From Octopus vulgaris (lineage: Eukaryota): DNA of 64,000 nucleotides. The stretch spans positions 132,928,001 to 132,992,000 of the forward strand of contig OX597818.1 in the NCBI GenBank assembly GCA_951406725.2, written 5' to 3'. Made by a program: the position numbers and the translations under genes. Within the stretch, counting starts at the first letter, position 1. Each line of letters starts with the position of its first letter. The notes beneath the pieces were generated by a model, which made no database searches, was not told the DNA's origin, and worked only from the letters and a program-made list of their open reading frames with translations. Positions 53,588 to 64,000 of the stretch are shown here, in pieces.

Positions 53588-54111
53588 GGCCGTCTGCCAG
53601 CCTCGTCTGGCACCTGTGTCGGTGGCACATAAAAAACACCATCCGAGCGTGGCCGTCTGCCAGCCTCGTCTGGCACCTGTGTCGGTGGCACATAAAAAAC
53701 ACCATCCGAGCGTGGCCGTCTGCCAGCCTCGTCTGGCACCTGTGTCGGTGGCACATAAAAAACACCATCCGAGCGTGGCCGTCTGCCAGCCTCGTCTGGC
53801 ACCTGTGTCGGTGGCACATAAAAAACACCATCCGAGCGTGGCCGTCTGCCAGCCTCGTCTGGCACCTGTGTTGGTGGCACATAAAAAACACCATCCGAGC
53901 GTGGCCGTCTGCCAGCCTCGTCTGGCACCTGTGTCGGTGGCACATAAAATCACCCACTACACTCTCGGAGTGGTTGGCGTTAGGAAGGGCATCCAGCTGT
54001 AGAAACACTGCCACATCTGACTGGCCTGGTGCAGCCTTCGGGCTTCCCAGACCCCAGTTGAACCGTCCAACCCATGCTAGCATGGAAAGCGGACGTTAAA
54101 CGATGATGATG
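53588..54111 (+). mobile_element. SINE family C with a 63-bp tandem array (about 5.7 copies, 53588-53949)
   Basis: Units start at 53588, 53651, 53714, 53777, 53840 and 53903, then the family C tail. Confidence 0.9.
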
Positions 54112-54158
54112 ATAGATATACATATGTATGTATTTATACATATATATATAATAGTAAG

Positions 54159-54235
<77 letters not shown>

Positions 54236-54740
54236 TACATACATATGTACATATACGTACATACATACATGCATGCATATATGCATCAATCAAAAGTTGA
54301 TAGTCTACTCTGAGTTTTGCCCCTGGCTGATCACGACTGTGCGAGAGAAAAAGTGACCTGCAGTACTTATAAAATTAGAGGGACATTAGATACATCTGGA
54401 TTGGCAGGGCTGTTAATTATAATTGTGATTCCTAATTTGAAATATTGGCTCCTTTTTCTTTTCCACAGTCATGATCAGCCAAGGGCAAATTACAAAACAG
54501 ACTGTTGTTTTTTAATAATAATAAAATATGTATCCACTCTATCCTACTCATTAAGTTCTATATCAGATATGCATTTGCATTATGCAAAATATACATTTGT
54601 ATGTATATTGTAACACTTAAATTATGATACACACATGCACACACACACACACACTCACATATATCTGTGTATGTGTGTGTAGCTTGAGTACAGAGTCAGT
54701 CATGTGTTATATCCAGATTAAACAAAATTCAAATTTAATA

Positions 54741-54795
<55 letters not shown>

Positions 54796-55559
54796 ATATA
54801 TTGTTCCCTTTTGTCTCTTTCTCTTTGTTAATCCATTGGAATTTAAAAGAAGGGTTACTTACACAATTATAAAAATAACACCTCTTGTATAGAAAATATA
54901 TGATGATTGAGAATTTAAATTTTATAAAGAAATAGTAATTAAATTTATGCTAATTTGTTTGTATCAAATTAATATTGTATGAGGTTATATTTCATGTTTT
55001 AAGCAGTATCTTTACAATATGAATAACTGTTTTGTATGTTAATAAGGAAATAGGTCGATTGCAATAGGTAGATAAATTTAGAATACTGTCAAAAATATAT
55101 TTATGAAACTATATATCAATAATAAAGTTCAAAAGTAATGTATATGAGTATCTTAAAATTTTGTTTTGCCTAAAGCCTCAAATGTTCTTTGAATTAGTTT
55201 TTAGTGTCAATTTTGTAATAAAACAGAAAAGAAATGAGTAGAGTTAACTTTCTAGTTTATACTTGTGATATTCATCATATGTATTCATTAATTTTTGAAA
55301 TATGATATTAAATAGAGATACATTGGCTATTTATGCAGTTTGGCCTCTCTTTTTTTATATGTTTATGCTGTGTAGTATGAAAGTTTACGACTTCGAGACA
55401 ATGCATAAGAAATAGAAAGTAGTTCAGTTCAATCCTAACCAAAAGACATGGAGATTAGCAAACGATACTGTAGATGGAAAAACAAAGGATTAGGATAATA
55501 ATGTAATGAAATCCATGCTAACAATAATCCATTAACTCACATTAATAGCTTATCATTAA

Positions 55560-55759
55560 CCCATTAGCATTCAGATTATTCTATCAAATATTATACTTAT
55601 TTATTCCCATGTTTAATAATTAATCATGCACATTGATATTTCAGTGATGTGATTGTTTATATTAAGAATGACATTGTAGGGTAGGTGAGAGAGGTCAGAT
55701 TTGAACATAAAACACGTGGAATATTTGGGCCAGTTATGGCCAGTTTAAATGCTAAAGGG
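55560..55759. mobile_element. piggyBac-like MITE
   Basis: TTAA-CCCATTAGCATT...AATGCTAAAGGG-TT; second copy at 56187-56407. Confidence 0.8.
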
Positions 55760-55978
55760 TTCAGAGGACCACAGCTCTTTAACATCCTCCCTAAATGCCT
55801 GAGAGACTTACATGGTGTGGATGTGGGTTTCTTTAAAACTAAACTGGATCTCTTCTTGTCGGGAGTCCCAGATGAACCTACCTCACGACAGGAGACGTGG
55901 ATGTGGGCAGCAGCATTGAACTCCCTTGTTGATCAAGTGCCACGTATCAGAGGTGGATTCACAAATTAGTGTAGCTCA
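55757..55978 (+). mobile_element. CR1-group LINE fragment, second copy
   Basis: Near-identical to about 52560-52781; joins the MITE end via GGGTT microhomology. Confidence 0.85.
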
Positions 55979-56186
55979 GTGCTTATGTAAATGTGATATA
56001 ACTGAACAAATTGGGCATTAGACTAACTATTCATAGCTCATGAGATCAGAATCTTTTGCCAGCAGCTTATATTTTTGGCCAAAGTAATTTATGCTATGCC
56101 CAGCTAGTCAGTGCTGCAACACCTGGGGATTGGCACTACATCATTTATTGGTTTAGCAGATATAAATCTCTCATTTTTTTTTTCAA

Positions 56187-56407
56187 CCCTTTAGCATTCA
56201 GATTACACTGTCAAGTTTAATACTAATTGATTTGCATTGTCTTGAAATTAATCATGTATTATCTTGCAACTTTGATATTACAATGAAGTGATTGTATATT
56301 TTTAGAATGACATTGTAGGGTAGGTGTAAGAGGCCAGATGTTGACAGTTTGAACAGAAAACAGATAGAATATTTGAGTTGGCTATGGCTGGTTTAAATGC
56401 GAATGGA
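56187..56407. mobile_element. piggyBac-like MITE, diverged copy
   Basis: CCCTTTAGCATT...AATGCGAATGGA-TTAA. Confidence 0.75.
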
Positions 56408-56570
56408 TTAATGCCAAAAAAAAAACAAAACAAAGACTAAATAACTGACACATAGAAACCCCTTGCATCCCAGAAGCATTTAAATTTTGCATTTTACTTC
56501 TGCTTGTAAGAAATTTTGCAAAGTTGGAAGGATCTTCTTTTTTTAGTTGTGTTTTGAATTGTGTGTATGA

Positions 56571-56634
<64 letters not shown>

Positions 56635-56983
56635 TCATTTTAATATATGACAAAATAATAACTTCACATTTTAAAAATTTTACATATATTCATTTGTTTT
56701 TACTTAATTTTTCTATGCTGGCATGGATTTGCCAAATACTTAGTACTGAATACATTTACAGCTGAATACATTTACAGCTGAATACATTTTCTGTTGCTAG
56801 CCTTTATGTATTTTCATTTTTTTTTTTTTTCTGTTTTACTTGACTTAGAAACCAAAGAGAGAGCTAGAGAACAATTTCTTGATTTCTTGATAGGTAATTG
56901 TTCTGAGGTTTTTTTTTTTTTTTATTGTGCATCCTGATATATTTTTTCCCACCGTCTTCTCTCTTTTTCAACTGGGGTAAACC

Positions 56984-57158
56984 TATTTCATTACTACCCA
57001 CAAGGGGCTAAACACAGAGGGGACAAGCAAGGACAGACAGACAGATTAAGTTGATTACAACGACCCCAGTGCGTAACTGGTACTTAACGTAACGGCAGCC
57101 GAAATACCGCAAAGCATTTTGCCCGACGTGCTAACGATTCTGCCAGCTCACTGCCTTT
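56984..57158 (-). mobile_element. SINE family B, internally deleted
   Basis: TSD AACTGGGGTAAACC on both sides. Confidence 0.85.
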
Positions 57159-58494
57159 AACTGGGGTAAACCATATATCTCCTCTACAGCAAAACACCAA
57201 TTCTTATCCTTCTATCATGTTTCAACTTCTCACCTGCTATAAAACCAACAACCTTAGTACTATACATCCTTCTGTTGATGGGTCTTGCCTTGAAAGTTAC
57301 TTGGTAGTCCCACTAGAACTGGCACCATGTAAAAAGCACCCAGTGCACTCAATGGCTATTGTTAGGAAGGGCAGCTAGCTATAGAAACCCATGCCAAAGC
57401 AAACACTGGTGCTTGGCACAGTCCTCTGGTTCACCAGATTCTCTTAAGCCATCCAACCAATGCCAGCATGGAAAATAGATGTTTGATGATGATGCGATGA
57501 TGTGTCTAGATCAAGAGTTTATATATAAAATATTCTCATCAAGTGCTATTATCTAAACAAACACTGATGATTTTGCATTAGTTTGAAATGCATTTTTGAC
57601 GATTCTTTGTAGCTACTTAGATAAACAATTGATTATGCATTATAGGAATGTATTATCTTGATAACTTATTGCTTCAATCATTCTATAGTTATGGAGTTAA
57701 CTTCTAAAAAAAATTATGTTAATAACATCTAGTATGCATATAATTGTAGTTTTGTTAATTAGTCACTAATTTCTTTATTTTAGTGATAAGATTATTATGA
57801 TGAAATTGAACAAAGACCATGCATAACCTGCATTCATTTAAGTAAATCATCCGTTTGAATGAAATCTGTGATTGTACAACTTATTTGGTTTTAGCCAAAT
57901 ACGATAATTTACTATAATTTGATAACTAAACATAGAACTAACAACAAGCCAGCAATCACATTATCAAGTCAAACTGAAATGTTTGAATTTTTTCTTCAAA
58001 TTTCAAATTCACGTTTCTATATTTGGTTCATTTCTCCTTGATAATTTTTACATTGAAAACCAAACACTCCTTAATGACAAGAGTAAAGATTAATTGTTTT
58101 AAAACATTGAGCAAAGTCTTGAACTAAAACAGTCATTAATGTTTAAATGTAAAGATTCTGTCAGTATTGCCTCATAATTAAACTATTGATATCAGATAGT
58201 GTGCAAACAAAGATTAACTGATTTCTTTTAAAATTACTATTTAAGGTATAGACCAATATGCAGTTTTAAAAAAATCATCTGTTATATTTTGGAGTCGTTA
58301 ATATTTAACAGTAAAGATCCTGTTAAGTTGGCCTCATAATTAAAGTAGTGACATCATATACTGTGCAATCAAAAAATTCACCAACTTCTTTAAGCCATGT
58401 GGTATAAATAATATACCATAAAAATCATAATTACTGATTTTCTCATTTGGGGACTGATAATTTCGATGAGATATGAGTTAAAGGTTTTTACAAA

Positions 58495-59080
58495 TACTGT
58501 TTATCATATTCCTCCAGGCCATAACAAAGGAATTTAAGACTGGCTGCCTCTGTGAGCTTCTCTACACTGATGACCTTGTTCTTATTGCTGAATCACTACA
58601 TGAACCAGAAAGGAAAATTCAAGTAAGGAAGCAAGGTGTGGAATTTGATAGAACCTTAGAACTGAATTAACTAAGACCAAAGCCCTAGAAAATGTAAGAA
58701 AATGGACAAAACTCAAATCCCTTCAGGGAGGGAGATGGCACTGTTCAACATGCAGGAAAGGTGTTGGTAGAAACTCCATACCATATACACAATGCAAGGT
58801 AAAGACACATAAGAGGTGCAGCAGTATCATGGGAATGTTCACAAAAAGTAGTCTTTGTCTGTTGCAGATGTGCAGATACAATAAACACTAAGAATATACT
58901 GAGAATAGACTTCAGGACAGCTATATAAAGAAGTGCTGATCTCTAATTGTGAAGGGAACCTGCAGAAGGGGTGGATCTCAGAGGACATGAGACAAAGTAA
59001 TGAGAATAGGTCTTCAGACATTGAGCCTCAAAGAGGAGATAACAAGACACATCAAGCTAACTAAAAATGTGGCCATCCAT
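58495..59080 (+). mobile_element. Decayed RTE-group LINE RT with a Cys/His-rich insert
   Basis: FIIFLQAITKEFKTGCLCELLYTDDLVLIAES; CSTCRKGVGRNSI..TQCKVKTHKRCS..FVCCRC. Confidence 0.8.
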
Positions 59081-61220
59081 AAATACAGGTAAATTCCCTG
59101 CATCCTTCTCTCTCAGCCAAGAGATCCTTCCCTTGAAGGCTCACAGGTGCTGGAGCCACATAAAAACACCTGTGCCAGTACTGCATACAATAGCCTGTGC
59201 CAGTGCCACACAAAAGCACCTGTGTCAGTGTCACATAAAAACATCCATCTTGGTGTGACATAAAAGCACTCGTGCCAGTGTCACGTAAAAAGTGCCCAAT
59301 ACACTGTGTGAAGTGGTTGGCATTAGGAAGAGTATCCAGCTGTAGAAACCAAGCAAAGATATAGAATTGGATCCTGGCCAGCTCTTGCCTAAATGGCAAT
59401 CTGGATAAGCACATTAGAAATACGATATATAAGTGGAGTAGTAAAAATATGTAAAACATTCTCAAACTTAAAACACGACATTATTTTTGTTATCTATACA
59501 CCAACAATGGAGCTTTGTATCTTTGTTAGAAAGCAGCTTCTTCTTCAGAGGAAGAATTCACATAATCAAAAACAGAGGAGAGCACACACACACACACACA
59601 CATGCACACACACGCATGCACAAGGACACACACACACACACACACGCGTGCGCATGCGCGCGCGTGCGCACACATGCATATATATATATGCACACACAAT
59701 TATCCTTGGACTAGTATTGAACCAAGAAATATTACATTACAATACACAAGTACAGAATAGCACTGCTGAAGGCTGCATATTCTAATCAATTTTAATGTCA
59801 TTTACACTAATTTTCTGAAGACCAAGTTCCCTTTAAAATTTTTTTATCTTATATTTTTTTTATTTACTTTTCTGGTCTAGTAGAAAGGGCTGTGTCCATA
59901 GCTTTTGTAGGTCCTCCAAGACACCAGTGAAAGCAATTCATTTAATGTTCCTCTTGAACATAATTGGCATTGAGCATTTTGGATTTTCAGCACAATACAC
60001 AGTATCATTTGATACTTTTCTAAATTCTTACATGGTTCTTTCAAAATAAATTATACATTCTATAGTAGGCATCATTTCTGTTTTGGCACTAGACAGGTTC
60101 TACTAATCTTCGTTTAGTTCTCTCTCTCCTCTGATAAGGGTTATCTTCTATTTTTCTTCACTAGTTTGAACATAAACAATCGTTCTGTTTGCGCACCCTT
60201 TCACAAATTAGGCAATAAATCAATTCATCTAACCTTGACACTGGCTTGGTGAGGTACTCAAGTATTCTTGAACACCATGAAACAGTCCAGTATTTTTCGT
60301 ATGAGTGGGCAACTCAGATTGAAAAAAGAACATTCATATTGTTTATATTTCATGAAATCAAAATGGTTTAAACATTTCAAACTTGTTCAACATCATGGAA
60401 AAGAAAGAATTACATGGCTGACACTATTTTGTTTTGTTATGAAGAGACAATAGGGACAAAAAATTTTACATTTTTTGTTATCAGTTTTTTTTTTTTATTT
60501 TTGGTGGAGAGCTGATATTGTCTGTTTGAGAACTGTTGACAGAATTTACAGGGTTTTTGTTTCATTTTTTTTTTTTTTTTTGCATCTTCTCAAATAAGTT
60601 CTCAAAATGAGAAACAAAGTCTCAGTTGTGACAGGATTTCAAAGTGTGAACTCCGAAATGTTTGCATGCCTGATATTTTGATATTCTACACATACAAAGC
60701 TATATGAAAAGAATATACTGAACATGAATAATGTAAATTTTTTTGAATCATATTGAAATGATTATTTTCTAAGAAAACCAGGCTTACTTTTGTTCAATAT
60801 TTTATTTGAAAGCTACAAATTTGTGCAAATTGTCATACGTTCATTTATTAAGCCTGTTTAAAAGATGAAGACTCATTTAAGACAATTTTAAAATATCAAC
60901 ATGTATGCATGTATGTATGTATTAGTGTAGTAAAATATTAGGCACAATTTGATCATGCCTTTTTGTTCTCTTGGTTTTGAAAACCTTAAAATTCAGACAG
61001 AAAATCATTTTGTCTATATTTCACTTCAAGTTCAGATCAATAGATATTGTTTACTTCACCTTCCCTTACACATAAAAGCATTAAGTCACCCACAGCTAGT
61101 TATATATAAAGCAGGGAGCTAATACTTTTCTCAATACGGCAGACCATGTTGCACTCACATAGACATCATGACAACTAAACATACACATACAAATAAAAGC
61201 AATTTCATAGCCTTATTTCC

Positions 61221-61501
61221 TTATTCAAACATGTGTGAATTTTTTTTCTTCTTTGACTTCCGACCATGGGACTGATTAATGTTGAGAGCTTCTAGTCTTA
61301 ATGGTTTTCGTATTGTAGTATCAGCAGCAGTGTCACTGTTTGTTGATAGGGAACCACATATTGGTGAAGATTTATGAGTAGGTTCGAGTTGGACTTCAGA
61401 GCTTGTGAAAGAGCTTCCTTGCACTAATGGTACAGAATGCTGGTGTGGCATATTCATAAAGTTCGCAGAAGAGGAGAAACTTTCTTTGATTTGACTAACA
61501 C
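61221..61501 (-). CDS. Probable terminal coding exon of an unidentified host gene whose upstream exons lie to the right
   Basis: Polypyrimidine acceptor TGTTTTCTTTTCTTTAG (AG at 61503-61502), then 93 open codons (V SQIKESF...KPLRLEALNINQSHGRKSKKKKNSHMFE*) of non-repetitive sequence, followed by unique AT-rich UTR-like DNA. Confidence 0.65.
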
Positions 61502-61617
61502 CTAAAGAAAAGAAAACATATTTAGTTAATGTTTAAACAAATAATTTTATTATTAATAATGAGTTGTTGAAGAGGTCACAAGATGTGTGATGAAAGATTT
61601 TAGACAAGGGACACTAA

Positions 61618-61658
<41 letters not shown>

Positions 61659-61660
<2 letters not shown>

Positions 61661-62335
61661 TATTCACTGGGTAATTTGCAAAAACCTGGATTTGCCCCAT
61701 GAAAAAAACTGGTGGGAACACAATCCACCTCCAGTGCTTGAAAATGACCACATCTCACTCCTCTGGAACTTCACCATTCAAACTGACAGGAAGATAGATG
61801 CAAATAGGCCAGACATCATATTGAAAGACTTCAGACAAAGAACATGCCTCCTCATTGATATGACTGTCCCAATCGATATAAACGTATCTGTCAAGACCTA
61901 CCAAAAACTGAGCAAATATAAAGATCTTGAAATAGAAATCAGCAAAATGTGGAAGCTGAAGACTAAAACAATACCTGTTGTCATAGGTGCCCTGGGAATG
62001 ATAGCGAAAGGGACTGATTGCTACCTAACTCAGATACCAGGAAACCCCACAATGGCAGAAATTCAAAAGATAGTGCTCATGGGAACTGCTCATATCCTAC
62101 GCAAAATACTCTCTATGTAATCCCAAGGTTTAAAACAAACTTTTTTTAATTTTTATTTTAACTTTTTATTTATTTATTTATTTATTTTTTTTATGTATTA
62201 GACATTCACTAGTACAACACCAAAAAAAAAAAAAAACCCAAATATATGGCACAGAACTTCCAACCTGTTGTCTCTTGAGGTCTCTGGGTGAGACTTGGAG
62301 CCAACTTGTACAGATATAAAGCAAAAGTCAAACAG
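61659..62335 (+). mobile_element. R4/Dong LINE 3' fragment (RLE domain plus 3'UTR) in (AAT)n
   Basis: ORF 61692-62120 nearly identical to the C-terminus of 13509-14471. Confidence 0.95.
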
Positions 62336-62362
62336 AATAATAATAATAATAATAATAATAAT

Positions 62363-62918
62363 GCCCTGATGCAGTACCAGGCAGCGGCTCTCATGGCTTC
62401 TGATCTTAACTGACTGGAAGTGTTATCATGTACATTGTTTTGTCTTGGTATAAAACATGGGCTACAGAAAAATATTCTGCTCAATACCACAGATTTGCTT
62501 GTCAGTTGTTTGACGGTAACCAGTTGAGCATGTCCCTTAGTGGCTGACGATATGTGCATCTCTGATCACGAGTAGAAGTAGTGGGGGAGCATCTTAGCCA
62601 TGTGTCAAGAGGAATTCTTTGGGGTTTGAATAATTTACCTCTGAGAACATGAGTGCTACGTTCAACATCCTTAAACAACCCTTATTCAGAGACCATTTGA
62701 GTGGAATGGGCTACTCAACCAGAAGAAAATTCTAACTGGGCCCCACCTGCAAGATCATGCGCTGTTTATCTTGATATGAAATCACCATGTCGCGCACATA
62801 TGGTTGTGATGCATGTGCTTGGTGTACCCTTATCAGATGGGTAGTCATGATGGGTATACTGGGCTTCGTATATTTTACCCCAGTGTCACTTTGATGGCAT
62901 GCACTGCTCTCTCACTCA
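62363..62918. mobile_element. About 556-bp non-coding, stem-rich insert bounded by (AAT)n
   Basis: GC-richer than its flanks, sharp (AAT)n borders, several local hairpins, no convincing ORF. Confidence 0.55.
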
Positions 62919-62950
62919 ATAATAAAATAATAATAATAATAATAATAATA

Positions 62951-62993
<43 letters not shown>

Positions 62994-63111
62994 GCTGAAG
63001 TGAAGAATGAGTATATAGTGCATGTAGCAGATGAAATGCCCATAAGCATTTTGCCCAGCATGCTAATGGTTCTGCCAGCTTGCCATCTTAATTACAATCA
63101 TAATTATAATA

Positions 63112-63400
63112 ACTGGGAGATGAAGAAGGCTTTAATGGTTCCACTGTTGACTGGAGCATTGGGATGTATATCAGACAGTTTCGATAACTGTCTAGATAAA
63201 ATCAGAATTGATGCAAGGTTTACAGGTCATGCAGAAGACAGCACTACTTGTATAAAGCATGGATTTGAAGGAAAGGCTTGCCTTTGTAAGGCACAGGAGA
63301 GGAAGCAATAAGGAAGTTTTGTCAATATGTTGTAGCCTGCTCCCTAACTGAAATGTCTGAACTGTTTAACATCTATGAGTCTGAGATTTACAAAATTGAA
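63112..63400 (+). mobile_element. Old R4/Dong-like 3' fragment, third subfamily
   Basis: WEMKKALMVPLLTGALGCISDSFDNCLDKI. Confidence 0.6.
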
Positions 63401-63529
63401 ACATGATGATGATGATGATGATGGTTTAAGTAACAAGGTAACATTAGAAGTGCATGGTTGGCTATTTCAATTGGATATTAAGCGAGGAGATTTCATAGAA
63501 CTTTTTATAACAATCTTTTTTAAATAATG

Positions 63530-63741
63530 GTTTCAAATTTTGGCACAAGGCCAGCAACTTTGGGAGAGGATGTAAGACAATTACATTGACCTCAGAACTC
63601 AACTGGTACTTATTTAATCAACCCCGAAAGGATGAAAAGCAAAGTCGACCTCGGCGGAATTTGAACTCAGAACATAACGGCAGACGAAATATGGCTACTC
63701 ATTTCGCCCGGCGTGCTAACGTTTCTTCCAGCTCACCACCT
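63530..63741 (-). mobile_element. SINE family B variant
   Basis: Head, central domain and GTGCCAAAATTTGAAA tail. Confidence 0.85.
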
Positions 63742-63932
63742 CTGTAGAAAATTGTATAAAAATATCCATTTTTCTGAAAGTTATGAGGTAACAAATTCAA
63801 AGTGGGGGTACGCTTGTGTAGGTATGCCTATGGTGTTTTCTTTTATAAACGCATAAACATTTCGCATTTCAGTGTTTTAATCTAAGAGTGATTTCATAGA
63901 ACTTTTTTTATAACAATCTTTTTTAAATAATG

Positions 63933-64000
63933 TCTTTAGTCTTTCTTTTAGTCTTTTACTTGTTTCAGTCATTTGACTGCGGCCATGCTGGAGCACCGCC
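63933..64000 (-). mobile_element. SINE family A tail, cut by the window edge
   Basis: Family A 3' stem-loop and tail. Confidence 0.85.

Noticed and set aside
53588-53949. CRISPR-like array of palindromic repeats
   Set aside because: Units are identical end to end with no unique spacers, there are no cas genes, and the context is a eukaryotic SINE. The 21-aa repeat ORFs arise only because 63 is divisible by 3.

Overview
Eukaryotic, AT-rich, repeat-dominated genomic DNA. The SINE repertoire and extreme (AT)n/(AC)n/(AAT)n density suggest an octopus-like cephalopod (inference from memory of these repeat families, not a database result). Almost all ORFs in the supplied track are microsatellite or SINE artefacts. 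The window contains: (1) several tRNA-headed SINE families, many with clean target-site duplications, that swap head, core and tail modules; (2) R4/Dong-clade LINE copies piled into (TAA)n microsatellites, one with about 550 nearly intact codons; (3) Penelope-like elements carrying minimal hammerhead ribozymes; (4) decayed RTE and CR1-like LINEs; (5) several DNA-transposon MITEs (hAT, Tigger/pogo, piggyBac-like, a Ginger-like TGT/4-bp-TSD element, and an unclassified 54-bp-TIR element); (6) a probable decayed cadherin-repeat pseudogene at the left end; (7) one credible host exon, a terminal coding exon on the minus strand at 61221-61501. The most intriguing signal is a Penelope element whose 3' region reads endonuclease stop, tRNA-like Pol III A/B boxes, (AAT)n, hammerhead ribozyme. 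SINE family letters A-G are my own labels. Repeat boundaries were read by eye and may be off by a few bases.
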